A stretch of DNA of 64,000 nt from an uncultured virus (IMG/VR IMGVR_UViG_3300028586_000785) (Duplodnaviria; Heunggongvirae; Uroviricota; Caudoviricetes), in IMG/VR virus record IMGVR_UViG_3300028586_000785. One strand, 5' to 3'. Positions 1 through 9,308 of the stretch are shown one piece after another (positions within the stretch are counted from its first letter, which is position 1; every line of letters begins with the position of its first letter). The translations under genes were made by a program, and so were the position numbers. Under the pieces are notes generated by a model. That model saw nothing but the letters and a program-made list of their open reading frames with translations, did no database searches and was not told where the DNA came from.

Positions 1-186
1 CGCCCGGGGCATCCGCGCCTTGCATGCACCACACGTGACGCGCTCACGGTCAGCGGTCACGTCAAGACGACCCCGGGTGCGGCACAGGGGCTTGGCGTTG
101 AGGTTCGCCTTCATGTACGGAGTCGGGGGTATGTAGGTCGTGTCGGACTTCACCTTTGGTGCGTAGTGCTTCGCGTAGACCGTCAT
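1..186 (-). CDS. Small Cys-rich hypothetical protein, runs off the window start
   Basis: ATG at 186 with a GGAAGG RBS and its own promoter; translates MTVYAKHYAPK...PLCRTRGRLDVTADRERVTCGACK. Confidence 0.65.
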   Translation of the reverse strand, partial: MTVYAKHYAPKVKSDTTYIPPTPYMKANLNAKPLCRTRGRLDVTADRERVTCGACKARMPRA

Positions 187-225
187 GATGTGCCTTCCGG
201 ATGAGTGGGGAGGTTGATAAGAGAA

Positions 226-254
226 ACACTACTGGACTGTTGTCAGATTGTCAA
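226..254 (-). promoter_or_regulatory. SigA-type promoter
   Basis: TTGACA-17 nt-TAGTGT on the minus strand. Confidence 0.7.
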
Positions 255-285
255 TCGTGATGGGTGGCTTGACCACACAAAGAAA

Positions 286-329
286 TAGCCACCTGAAAGA
301 CACCCGGTAGGGCATCGATCAGATGGCTA
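286..329. terminator. Putative intrinsic terminator
   Basis: TAGCCA...TGGCTA stem downstream of the 349-636 gene, with a T-rich tail on the minus strand. Confidence 0.45.
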
Positions 330-348
330 GTATACCCGCCCCTCGTCC

Positions 349-636
349 TCAGTCCGAGGACTCGACTCGGTAGTCTGCCGGGATGAGCTTCTTGCAGGAC
401 GGTCCCACCGGGAAGCTGCCCTGGCTGTCAGGGTCTTCCCAGTTGTCGTAGCTACTCGGGAACAACTCGCCACCCGTGGACATGTGCACCCAGGCGTTGC
501 CGTTGTCCTTGACGGGCTTGTTGCAGACCATGCAGCGGTGCCCCGCGCTGTTGGGCAGGCTCTTGACGTTCCCGTTGCGCTCCCAGGAGTCGTGCTTCTG
601 AACCTTTTCGAGGTCGAACATCGCGATGTCGCTCAT
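349..636 (-). CDS. Small putative Zn-binding hypothetical protein
   Basis: CxxC...H...C pattern; GGAAAGG RBS before ATG at 636; promoter TTGCAT-17-TACTCT at 679-707. Confidence 0.7.
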   Translation of the reverse strand: MSDIAMFDLEKVQKHDSWERNGNVKSLPNSAGHRCMVCNKPVKDNGNAWVHMSTGGELFPSSYDNWEDPDSQGSFPVGPSCKKLIPADYRVESSD

Positions 637-718
637 GACTGCCTTTCCAGAGGGAGAACCATTCCGCCTCGTATCTACAGAGTAACGTAAGCACAAGTCG
701 GATGCAACCGCTTTGACC

Positions 719-1291
719 TCATTTTGCGATAACCATTACAGTCCACAAAGTTGCGGCAAGCGTTGCGTCGATGTCCTCCGCCAAGCACGTCAGGACGAAT
801 GACCAGGGTGGCTGGCTGTTCATATTCAAGATGATGTCGAACGCAGTAGACACCTCATGAGGCGCAAGAGCAAGCACATCATCGATACCGTACCCAAATA
901 CCAAAGCAGCGGCGTGCAGTCTCGCCACGTCATCGAAGTGGTTTGTCACTCTGGCATAGCGCTTGCTCATCTCTTTACGAGCCTGGTCCCGCGCGACATG
1001 AGCACCCATATACTTCATCGAGGCGCGTGCGTACACACTATGAGGGGTTTTAGCATCTTCCTCAGAGCGAAGCACGAACCCAACAGTGAACGCTTCCTCT
1101 ACCCTTCGGATGCATTCTTCCTCGGTGATGTCAGGAAGTAGCGGACGGTACCTCGGATAGTACGAAAGATCATGGATGGACTCAGCAATGCCCAAGCTGA
1201 TTATGCGGATGTGATCTTCGACTAAGAGCTTCCTATCCCAGTAGAAGTACATCATCGCTTGTTGGATTTCCGGTGAAGCGACGTTAGACAT
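719..1291 (-). CDS. Paralog-array family protein (copy 1)
   Basis: C-terminal GYGIDDVLAL...PPWSFV...EDIDATLAATL. Confidence 0.8.
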   Translation of the reverse strand: MSNVASPEIQQAMMYFYWDRKLLVEDHIRIISLGIAESIHDLSYYPRYRPLLPDITEEECIRRVEEAFTVGFVLRSEEDAKTPHSVYARASMKYMGAHVARDQARKEMSKRYARVTNHFDDVARLHAAALVFGYGIDDVLALAPHEVSTAFDIILNMNSQPPWSFVLTCLAEDIDATLAATLWTVMVIAK

Positions 1292-1793
1292 AAGGAACGT
1301 CCTTCCGCATGCTTGCCACGAGCGAAGTGTCGATATCGTTGTAGATGGATTCCTGCACCATAGACCACGGCAGGTGAGAGCCTACCGACTCCACAAACGC
1401 GAACGCGGTAGAAACCTGCTCAGCGGTTAGTGCGGTGACATCAACAGAGTCATAGCCGTACATGAGGGCGAACGCTTCCACTGCGGCGAGAGAAACACCA
1501 AAGCTCTCGAAAGCCCGTTCCCTCATAGCAATGAGAGTGTCGTCTCTTACATAGAGGTGATCTACACTCAGTGTCACCGCAACACTGAGTAGCGCAAAAG
1601 TCTTCCTGTCGTGCTCTTCCCAGTCGCTCGTTGCGAACAAGCCAGGCATGTTGATATTGTCCGCGATTCCTTCGACTGTCGCCCGTCTGATGACTGTCCC
1701 TCTTTTGATCAGACGGACCCATACCTGACGAAGGTATTCGAAGTCAGGTGCAGACGCTCCACTTGCGCCATCGAAAGCATCAGGCGCTGGCAT
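1284..1793 (-). CDS. Paralog-array family protein (copy 2)
   Basis: GYDSVDVTAL...LPWSMV...DIDTSLVASM; start refined to MPAPD, overlapping the upstream stop. Confidence 0.8.
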   Translation of the reverse strand: MPAPDAFDGASGASAPDFEYLRQVWVRLIKRGTVIRRATVEGIADNINMPGLFATSDWEEHDRKTFALLSVAVTLSVDHLYVRDDTLIAMRERAFESFGVSLAAVEAFALMYGYDSVDVTALTAEQVSTAFAFVESVGSHLPWSMVQESIYNDIDTSLVASMRKDVPYV

Positions 1794-2439
1794 TGCTTGA
1801 CCCCGCCCAAAGGCTCTCAACAAGAGTGCTATCGATGCCCGCCGTCAGGTACTCCACCAGGGAAAACCACGGGAGTTTGCCAGGAGCCGAACTTGCCAAT
1901 CGAACAGCAGTGGAAACCTGTGTCGGAGTAAGACCGACAACACCCTCGATTCCGTATCCACACATGAGGATGTACGCCTCCACCATCACACTGCCGTCAT
2001 CACCGAAATGCTTTAATGCAGCCCTCACCTTCGGGGGAGTAGCAGTGGGGTCTTTCTGCGGCTCGGTCGCTGCTCCTTTGCACTGAATATTCAGGCGCAC
2101 CAACTCGTCGTCAGGAGCTAGTTTATTGGACAGGTTGAGTAGAGAGGTGACTCGCTCTTCTCGGTCCTCTTCCGTGATGCCTTCCGGAAAGAGGATGTCC
2201 CACATGGCGTAATTCGAAAGCACACGGATGAGAGATTTGATACCCGTGCCGTCTTCCGACCGAGATGGCTCGGAAGCTCTTTGGGACGTATATGTATTTG
2301 CCAAGTCGGGAGTTCTCTGTCGGTTGACCACCTCCGTCAGAGCGGTCAACTCTCTGCGATAGAGCATGATGTAGTTCTGGTCATGAAATGCACTCAGCGC
2401 CCCCAGCCGCGTCGTGGTGTCATGAGGAGAGATATACAT
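1780..2439 (-). CDS. Paralog-array family protein (copy 3)
   Basis: GYGIEGVVGL...LPWFSL...GIDSTLVESL. Confidence 0.8.
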   Translation of the reverse strand: MYISPHDTTTRLGALSAFHDQNYIMLYRRELTALTEVVNRQRTPDLANTYTSQRASEPSRSEDGTGIKSLIRVLSNYAMWDILFPEGITEEDREERVTSLLNLSNKLAPDDELVRLNIQCKGAATEPQKDPTATPPKVRAALKHFGDDGSVMVEAYILMCGYGIEGVVGLTPTQVSTAVRLASSAPGKLPWFSLVEYLTAGIDSTLVESLWAGSSNASA

Positions 2440-2520
2440 ACTCCCATTACCTCACAAAAACGCCATTGACGCAAATCGAGTACGTCGCACAAACACCTAC
2501 AAATTAGTGCTTGTTTTCGC

Positions 2521-2550
2521 TTGACACGCTTCTTGAAACCTGACTAGGTT
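2521..2550 (+). promoter_or_regulatory. SigA-type promoter
   Basis: TTGACA-18 nt-TAGGTT upstream of 2596. Confidence 0.6.
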
Positions 2551-2595
2551 GGAGTCATCAAAGCAAACCCGGAGTCACAAGCCAAGGAGAACATC

Positions 2596-2787
2596 ATGTC
2601 GAACACCGAGCGTCTCACCAAGGAAGCCAACACCACCGACACGACCAGCCCCGACTTCAACCCCGACATGGACATCACCATCGCCGGGTGCAACGGCAAG
2701 ACCTACCGCGACCTCATCCTCGCAGGCTTCGACCCGAACGACCACGACGACCTCGATGAGTTCCGTGCTCAGGTACAGGGTCTCTGA
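2596..2787 (+). CDS. Small acidic hypothetical protein
   Basis: AAGGAG RBS, high-GC codon usage, own promoter and terminator. Confidence 0.75.
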   Translation: MSNTERLTKEANTTDTTSPDFNPDMDITIAGCNGKTYRDLILAGFDPNDHDDLDEFRAQVQGL

Positions 2788-2807
2788 ACCGCCTCGACCG
2801 GACATGC

Positions 2808-2842
2808 AAGAACCCCTCACCGAAAGATAGTGAGGGGTTCTT
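2808..2842. terminator. Terminator between convergent genes
   Basis: AAGAACCCCTCAC/GTGAGGGGTTCTT 13-bp inverted repeat. Confidence 0.75.
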
Positions 2843-2861
2843 TGCTTCTGAGTTGTGTCGC

Positions 2862-3455
2862 CTAGCCGTGCGACCGGCTCGCTGCTCTCTTTTCGTGCTT
2901 CTGGTGACTCTCCTGCAAAGCATTCTCTCGCATCACCTTGCTCATCAGTTCGAAGTGCGCTCGACCGGAGCCGTCGTACGACTCAACGTAGAACGGGTCG
3001 TTTGCCGCAGCCTCCATGACAGCGAGGTCAAGCTGCATGCTCGCCTTGATCGTCTCTACGGTCTTGCGACGATAGTCCAGCACTACCTTTGAGACAGGCT
3101 CACTCGGGACGTTCTTCATCTTCTTGATATCGAGCGCGTCGAACTCGGAAGCGCTGAGATGCGTCCACTCGTTACCGTCCGGGAAATGGTCGCTCTCGCT
3201 GGCTGCCTGGTTCAGCCGGAGAATAACCTGTCCGTGTGTCACAACCGTCTGATGACCGTTCTCTGTAATGGACCACGAGACTCCATTGGGCATGGCGAAC
3301 ACGCAGATGGTGGGGTTGACCGTGCTGCTCAGCCAATGATTCACAAGACGCACGGACTCACGGGTTATCACGAGAGCTTCGACACGGATGGACTTATCAT
3401 CCACGAACTTCCACCATGTAGGACGGTTGAGAGAAAGCTTTTCGGAGTTAGTCAT
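2862..3455 (-). CDS. Hypothetical protein, probably leaderless
   Basis: 197 aa ORF; TTGCAC-17-TAATGT (3462-3490) ends 6 nt before the ATG. Confidence 0.7.
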   Translation of the reverse strand: MTNSEKLSLNRPTWWKFVDDKSIRVEALVITRESVRLVNHWLSSTVNPTICVFAMPNGVSWSITENGHQTVVTHGQVILRLNQAASESDHFPDGNEWTHLSASEFDALDIKKMKNVPSEPVSKVVLDYRRKTVETIKASMQLDLAVMEAAANDPFYVESYDGSGRAHFELMSKVMRENALQESHQKHEKRAASRSHG

Positions 3456-3499
3456 CTAGCTACATTACGCCATTACGGAACAATGTGCAACAAGTGCAT

Positions 3500-3817
3500 C
3501 TACTTGCTATCGATGAACGACTCAGCTAGGTCAAGGTCTACGTCTGAATCCACCAAGCTCAGCACGGTCTCCCATGAGAACCTACCCGGCGCACGAGAGA
3601 CAATCATGAGAGCTTTCTCGACATGCTCAGCAGGAAGACTCAGTACGTCTGAGAGCGGGTAGAACGCATTCAGAGTTATCGCGCAAAGCCACACATCTTT
3701 GGGGAAGGTAGCTTCGAGTGCACTACCGATTGATGGACGCACCTCCACAACATTGGCTGTGTGGTCATAGGAGTGCTGTGAGCGGGTCGCTACGCTTACT
3801 CGCGTGTCGTTGGTCAC
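3500..3817 (-). CDS. Paralog-array family protein, short form (copy 4)
   Basis: FYPLSDVLSL...FSWETV...DVDLDLAESF; lacks most of the N-terminal region. Confidence 0.7.
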   Translation of the reverse strand: MTNDTRVSVATRSQHSYDHTANVVEVRPSIGSALEATFPKDVWLCAITLNAFYPLSDVLSLPAEHVEKALMIVSRAPGRFSWETVLSLVDSDVDLDLAESFIDSK

Positions 3818-3858
3818 AATGCGGTTCCGAGTCGTTCAGAGGGGCTGTCTACAGGCAA

Positions 3859-3897
3859 AAGCCGTTCCCTAGGCTGGAAGCTACTAGGGAACGGCTT
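3859..3897. terminator. Intrinsic terminator
   Basis: AAGCCGTTCCCTAG/CTAGGGAACGGCTT inverted repeat just after the 3904 stop. Confidence 0.75.
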
Positions 3898-3903
3898 GTG
3901 AGG

Positions 3904-4176
3904 CTACTTGCTCTTGTGGGTGAGAGCGAGCAGGTCACGCTTGAAGTCGCGATAGTCCTCACCGATCAGAACGCGGAACATGATGATGGAGAGCGCCGCG
4001 CCGAAGATGATGGTGGCTGCACCCATCTCGTAGAAGTTCTGAGCGGGGGCTTCGGTGGGGTTGGTGGACGGACCAAGGAACATGAACACTCCGAAAGCCA
4101 CGAAGATGGCGAAGAAGACGATGGCGAAGATGCCGATCTGGATGCCATCGATGTGCTTCTTGATGAACTCGCTCAT
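3904..4176 (-). CDS. Small two-TM membrane protein
   Basis: Two hydrophobic helices; AAGGAG RBS; promoter TTGCAC-17-TAGTGT at 4231-4259. Confidence 0.8.
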   Translation of the reverse strand: MSEFIKKHIDGIQIGIFAIVFFAIFVAFGVFMFLGPSTNPTEAPAQNFYEMGAATIIFGAALSIIMFRVLIGEDYRDFKRDLLALTHKSK

Positions 4177-4278
4177 TGGGTGCTCCTTGGAGGCTTGTCG
4201 CTTAGGGCTGTTCCCCTTGCTGATAGCTAAACACTACACTGCTTCCGTGAAGAGTGCAACTCACAAACTACATCGCGC

Positions 4279-4827
4279 TTATCGCGCACCACCCAGAAGC
4301 GAAGAGGCAAGAGAGCTATCAACCTGAGCATCGACCATGCGCAGAATCGTCAGCCACGACGGCACACCATCGCGCTCGACCGCTTCCCCAGCAGCAGTGA
4401 GAATCTCGTCAGTAGGGATACCAGCCACCTCAGCCGGTGGGCGTTCCATACTCAGAGCGAATGCAGCGCCAGGGCTACTCAATGCAAGAGCAGCGGCACT
4501 CAGGATCTCATCAGACGACAAAGAAACGACATCAAGCGGCGGGTAGACCATGCCAAGAGTGAACGCTGCACCCTTGACGCTCTTCTCACAGTTCAGTTCC
4601 ACGAAAGGCTTTGCCCTGACAGCAGCCTCGTTGATGGCTATGATGTCGCTCAGAACCCTTGCACTGCTCGGATCGGACCGATGGCTGATAATCTCATCGA
4701 CGGATGACTTCACACGACTGAGACTCAGGTCAGCCATCTGCGACAGTGTGAAGCTCGGGTCAGCATCCTCGACCCACTCCACAGGGATGCGGAGGACGTT
4801 AGCGAAGTAGTACTCGACTGCGCTCAT
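4279..4827 (-). CDS. Paralog-array family protein with internal duplication (copy 5)
   Basis: YPPLDVVSLSSDEILSAA...RPPAEVAGIPTDEILTAA...PSWLTI...QVDSSLASSLL. Confidence 0.8.
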   Translation of the reverse strand: MSAVEYYFANVLRIPVEWVEDADPSFTLSQMADLSLSRVKSSVDEIISHRSDPSSARVLSDIIAINEAAVRAKPFVELNCEKSVKGAAFTLGMVYPPLDVVSLSSDEILSAAALALSSPGAAFALSMERPPAEVAGIPTDEILTAAGEAVERDGVPSWLTILRMVDAQVDSSLASSLLGGAR

Positions 4828-4939
4828 TGGATACCTTTCCGGTTGAGGGTGTCACAGCACTCGACGATATGCCTGGACACACTATGGTTCGCGGAAACGA
4901 ATAGTACTGGTAGTACCCAGAATAATCAAATCGATTCCG

Positions 4940-5461
4940 TTAGTGCCCGCTCAGCATGCTCGACGCAAGCTCACCATCGACATCGGAAGAAGACAGTCGA
5001 AGCAAGACATCCAAAGAGTGCTGTCGTGGCATTGCGGCGACAGCAGACCGATAGCAACCCGCTACCTCATCGGCGGACAAAGCGAGAACATCATCCACAG
5101 GAGAGCCGAACGCCAAGACGAACGCTTGAAGCGAGACCAGCCCTTCGAATGCAGCAAGCACCTTCGTGCGCACTATCGAACTCTCGTAAAGGTCATCGTG
5201 ACTGAGATTTGCAGCAAGCGAGAGGGACTCCCTGATGATGTCATCCCGCTGCTGGTCTGAGGCACCCTCTGCGAAAAGCTCTTCCGTGTTCCTCATGGCG
5301 ATGAGTTCCGCAACGTTGTGATTGAAGCTGTTCTGCCTCATCTGATCACTGTATGCATCACCCTTGTTCCGTGTCCGAATGATGTTCATGCGCGCATGTG
5401 CGAACTCATTGAATCCATACCACCGAGGGTCAGAGTAATCAGCATTGGTCGGCTTGGTCAT
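4940..5461 (-). CDS. Paralog-array family protein (copy 6)
   Basis: FGSPVDDVLALSADEV...DVDGELASSML. Confidence 0.8.
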   Translation of the reverse strand: MTKPTNADYSDPRWYGFNEFAHARMNIIRTRNKGDAYSDQMRQNSFNHNVAELIAMRNTEELFAEGASDQQRDDIIRESLSLAANLSHDDLYESSIVRTKVLAAFEGLVSLQAFVLAFGSPVDDVLALSADEVAGCYRSAVAAMPRQHSLDVLLRLSSSDVDGELASSMLSGH

Positions 5462-6003
5462 AGCGAAATACCTCCATCTTCCATGTCGAAGCGATTGTGA
5501 CCCAGAAAGCTCGCTGTAAGCGACGTATCGATGTCTGCCTGCGCCAGTCTGCGGAGCATGTCAAACGGCGGCTGAGAGCCTCTCATAGCTGATAGGACGG
5601 CGTAGCAGCGCTCTACCTCGTCAGTGTCCAATACCAGAACGTCCTCCGGTCGATAGCCTGCTGTCAGAACGTGTGCCTGCACGACCGTGACACCCTCGAA
5701 CCTTTCAAGCAACTCTGTATGACACTGAGTGAGTGTGTACGCCGTCACCTTGCCTTCATGACTCAGTAAGGCAGCGGTCATCAACGCTTGGTCGATAAAT
5801 TTGTCTTTATCACTCTCGGAAAACTCAGGAGGAAAGAAGTCACGGAGATAGCCGGATGCTAGTCGCTGACTGTGAGCTTCTAGAATGCGACTTTTTGTCT
5901 TCTCGCTGATGAGTGGGTTATCGTAGGCAATGCTTACGGCAATACGTTCCTGTCTGAAATCATCCAGCGCAGAGTGCTGTAGCTCGTTCCTCTCGTCACT
6001 CAC
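5458..6003 (-). CDS. Paralog-array family protein (copy 7)
   Basis: GYRPEDVLVL...DIDTSLTASFL; 4-nt overlaps with neighbours. Confidence 0.8.
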   Translation of the reverse strand: MSDERNELQHSALDDFRQERIAVSIAYDNPLISEKTKSRILEAHSQRLASGYLRDFFPPEFSESDKDKFIDQALMTAALLSHEGKVTAYTLTQCHTELLERFEGVTVVQAHVLTAGYRPEDVLVLDTDEVERCYAVLSAMRGSQPPFDMLRRLAQADIDTSLTASFLGHNRFDMEDGGISL

Positions 6004-6563
6004 CAGACCCTCCTATGGTCGTTCTCGGCTTCGCTACAACTCGCGTTCAAGATGGTTACTGCAAGACTTGTGTCAACGTCAGCAGACATCATATCCAGCA
6101 TAGTGGAAAACTGCGGTTGACACAATAGGGTCTCCGCCAAGACAGTGAAGTACCACTCCACCCCCTCAGCAGACAGCGCGAGAACATCCTCAGTGGGATA
6201 CCCGAACGTCAGCACGTACGCCTTCAACACAGTCACACCTTCGAACGTAGCTCGCACCTTCACCGAGATGTCGTCATCATGGTTCTCCCGAGCATCACTA
6301 CTCTCGATACCAAGGAAGACGGCAAGCTTCAACGCTTTCTCGGTGACGCTCTGCCGCCGACCAGCGGTCACGTCCCCAGGGAAGAAGACAGCCATCGGCT
6401 CAGATGCGATGAGTAGGCGCTCTTGGTACCCGTATCCCTCTCTCGCAGCACTGAGACTCAGACTGCCTATCTTCGTGAGCCACAATCGCGACGTATCGAA
6501 GTCATCCAAAGCTAGCTGCTGAACGTCCAACCCGTCATAGTCGTCTCTGTCAAGCGTTGTCAT
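6000..6563 (-). CDS. Paralog-array family protein (copy 8)
   Basis: GYPTEDVLAL...DVDTSLAVTIL. Confidence 0.8.
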   Translation of the reverse strand: MTTLDRDDYDGLDVQQLALDDFDTSRLWLTKIGSLSLSAAREGYGYQERLLIASEPMAVFFPGDVTAGRRQSVTEKALKLAVFLGIESSDARENHDDDISVKVRATFEGVTVLKAYVLTFGYPTEDVLALSAEGVEWYFTVLAETLLCQPQFSTMLDMMSADVDTSLAVTILNASCSEAENDHRRVW

Positions 6564-7116
6564 GCTCGGTATTTCTCCGCTCTACGACCATCGATGGGTC
6601 GCCCAGCAGATGCCCCAGGAGTTCCTTGTCAACATCATCCTTAGACACCCTGCCTAGCATCTCCCACGACAACTGATCGGGTAACGCCCTCAACGCAGCA
6701 CGGAAATACTCTCCTACTTCATTGGGAGTCAACGCGAACACATCTTCGAATCTATACCCGCATTGGAGAGCGTAAGCCTGCAAGGATATTTCGTTGTAAG
6801 GCTGCTTGAGTGACTCTACCGCCACCTCATGAACCGAATGCAAAGGCACACCATCCATCCGCTCTAATGAATGAGCAACAGACAGAACATCTTCGAGGAA
6901 GACGCTCTTTTGCTGCTCTGAACACTCATGAGGAAATAGTTCATGGACCCATTCGTTTGACCCAAAACTGCGGATAGCCTCTTCTCGTTTATCAGACTGA
7001 GGCTTCTTCCAGATCTGCTCAGCATCATCAAAAATCTGCATCTGCACACGAGCTAATTGCATTACGGATAGTGCACCTTCTCGTTCCAATAATGCCAACT
7101 TCTGTAGTGGATTCAC
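6550..7116 (-). CDS. Paralog-array family protein (copy 9)
   Basis: GYRFEDVFAL...LSWEML...DVDKELLGHLL. Confidence 0.8.
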   Translation of the reverse strand: MNPLQKLALLEREGALSVMQLARVQMQIFDDAEQIWKKPQSDKREEAIRSFGSNEWVHELFPHECSEQQKSVFLEDVLSVAHSLERMDGVPLHSVHEVAVESLKQPYNEISLQAYALQCGYRFEDVFALTPNEVGEYFRAALRALPDQLSWEMLGRVSKDDVDKELLGHLLGDPSMVVERRNTEHDNA

Positions 7117-7673
7117 CGTGTGGTCCCTTCATCAACCGTCGCATCAGTCAAGAGATTGTTCAAGAGATTACTCAGGAGTGACCCGTCCACATCAACACGA
7201 GATAGGTTGCCCAGGGTCTCCCAATCAAGCTTCTTAGGTCGTGCCATGAACGCTACCTCGTAGTACCTCATTGCTTCTACATTGCTCAGAGCGAGAACGT
7301 CATCCACTGGATACCCAAAGGTCAAAACAAAGGCTCGCAACAGTGCTAGTCCTTCGAACGTGCTACAGATATCTTCTACGCAATCTGCATTGTCACGCCA
7401 TGTCTTATGATCGCTATTCCTGTGTAGCTCAACGGCGAACATGATTATGTCAGGCACTCTCCGCTCGGCATCGCTCTTAGAGAAGTGCCGAGGAAGCAAG
7501 CTTCTCATTCCTTCGCTGCCCGAAAGCGACGACGCGAACGCAGAAGCGCTATATCTCTTCTTAGACGAAAATTCATAGCTACTGACAGCCACCGCACTAT
7601 AGCGAAAATACTTCAAGGCAGTGCGCTGCATTTCAAGGCGCTCGCGCTCTGCGTCATAATGTTCGTCCGTCAC
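7113..7673 (-). CDS. Paralog-array family protein (copy 10)
   Basis: GYPVDDVLAL...LDWETL...DVDGSLLSNLL; GTG start overlapping the upstream TGA. Confidence 0.8.
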   Translation of the reverse strand: MTDEHYDAERERLEMQRTALKYFRYSAVAVSSYEFSSKKRYSASAFASSLSGSEGMRSLLPRHFSKSDAERRVPDIIMFAVELHRNSDHKTWRDNADCVEDICSTFEGLALLRAFVLTFGYPVDDVLALSNVEAMRYYEVAFMARPKKLDWETLGNLSRVDVDGSLLSNLLNNLLTDATVDEGTTR

Positions 7674-8248
7674 TGGATACCGCCCGTCTCCATACCAGCA
7701 GAATACGACTGAGGTGCAAGGAAGCTGCTCAGGAGAGAACTGTCCACATCGATATGAGCCAGCTTGACCAGGGTCTCCCACTCAACCCTCTGAGGATGCG
7801 CTCTCAGAGCCGAATCGTAGTACCGCGTCACTTCGTCCGCACTCAGGCTGAGAACGTCTTCTACGGGGTATCCGAACGACAACACAAATGCGTTCAATAC
7901 GGTCTCACCCTCGAACGCACCTCGAATACTCTCCGACACCATCTTGCTCGCAGGGAAGCGCTTGCGGGCATCGTCCATCCGTAACCGGGTGGCAAGGAGC
8001 AGCCTCTCTTTGGTGACTCGCTCGACATCACTCTTGGAGGATGACTTCGGGAAGAAGCTTGTCATCCCATCACCCTTGGAGAAGTTGTAGGCGAAGATAC
8101 CTGCCGTCATACCGACCTCTACCCTCTGCCATATATTGATGGAGTTGCTCACCTTCATGAGTGAACTTACCGAAGTGCGAAACCGCTCCAATGTGTTCCG
8201 CTGCAACAACTCAAGGTCGCGTGCAGGGTCGATAATCATTCTCGTCAT
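7670..8248 (-). CDS. Paralog-array family protein (copy 11)
   Basis: GYPVEDVLSL...VEWETL...DVDSSLLSSFL. Confidence 0.8.
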   Translation of the reverse strand: MTRMIIDPARDLELLQRNTLERFRTSVSSLMKVSNSINIWQRVEVGMTAGIFAYNFSKGDGMTSFFPKSSSKSDVERVTKERLLLATRLRMDDARKRFPASKMVSESIRGAFEGETVLNAFVLSFGYPVEDVLSLSADEVTRYYDSALRAHPQRVEWETLVKLAHIDVDSSLLSSFLAPQSYSAGMETGGIQ

Positions 8249-8835
8249 CGAGCGACACCTACGCTCATATCGTCTTCGTACTCAGACGAACCAGCCAGCA
8301 AGCTCGACACAAGGGTGTCATCCACGTCGAGACCTATCAATCTCTGCACCACAGCAAGTGGGAACTGATGCGGAAGTCTCCGGGCTACGAACTGAAAGCA
8401 TCCAGCAATATCATCGTCATTCAGGGCAAGAATGTCGTCGGGGAGATAGCCAAAGCTCAACGTGTACGCCTGCAACAGGGTCAACCCATCAAACCTCTTC
8501 CGGAACCTTCGCGAGGTATCTCTATCTTCCTGCCGAGACAACACTCCTGTATCGCTTCGGTATAGATGCGTTGCAAGGGTAAACGCTTCTTTGAGAATGA
8601 CCGCCTTGTCGTATTCCGAAAGGTCGTCGGTCAGCAATCCGAGAGTATGGTCGGATCGTGTAACCCTAGTGAGTTGGTAAGAACGTTCGCCTTCACGGGT
8701 TTTTGCATTAGGGCGGTCAGGCTTATCCTCCACGTCCTTGACCGTGTGTACCATCATATAGAACTGACCTAGACCCTTACGGGTGTAATCAAGAAACTCA
8801 ATCTCTTCGGCGGTGAGAGGACGTTCGTCGGTCAT
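8245..8835 (-). CDS. Paralog-array family protein (copy 12)
   Basis: GYLPDDILAL...DVDDTLVSSLL. Confidence 0.8.
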   Translation of the reverse strand: MTDERPLTAEEIEFLDYTRKGLGQFYMMVHTVKDVEDKPDRPNAKTREGERSYQLTRVTRSDHTLGLLTDDLSEYDKAVILKEAFTLATHLYRSDTGVLSRQEDRDTSRRFRKRFDGLTLLQAYTLSFGYLPDDILALNDDDIAGCFQFVARRLPHQFPLAVVQRLIGLDVDDTLVSSLLAGSSEYEDDMSVGVAR

Positions 8836-9308
8836 CGTGCCAACCTCTCTACATCAGCATCCGTCGAAGACGAAGACATAAAGCTCGACACAAGAGTGTC
8901 ATCCACATCGAGACCTACTAGCCCCCGCACAACAGCAAGCGGAAACCGATGCGGGAAATTCTGAAGGATAGACCGGCAGCATTCAATAACCTCATCATCA
9001 CCCAAAGTGAGAATTTCCTCAGGAGGAAAACCAAATCTCAACATGTACGCCTGCAACAAAGGCAAGCCATCAAACCTAGCCTGAAACTTTTGCGAGGTAT
9101 CTTCACGCCAATAAGACGACATTGAGTCACCTCGAAGGAGATGAAAGGCAAGGACATAAGTATCCTGAGCGACTACCTCCTTTTCAGATTCCGAAAGGTC
9201 TACTAACGCTTCTTGGATAATGCTTCTCTTCTCGGATCGTGAAAGTTCATCGGGCAGTAATTCGATAAACTGGGACTCCCTGTGGGTGAATTCCTGATTG
9301 TCAGTCAT
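8832..9308 (-). CDS. Paralog-array family protein (copy 13)
   Basis: GFPPEEILTL...DVDDTLVSSFM. Confidence 0.8.
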   Translation of the reverse strand: MTDNQEFTHRESQFIELLPDELSRSEKRSIIQEALVDLSESEKEVVAQDTYVLAFHLLRGDSMSSYWREDTSQKFQARFDGLPLLQAYMLRFGFPPEEILTLGDDEVIECCRSILQNFPHRFPLAVVRGLVGLDVDDTLVSSFMSSSSTDADVERLAR

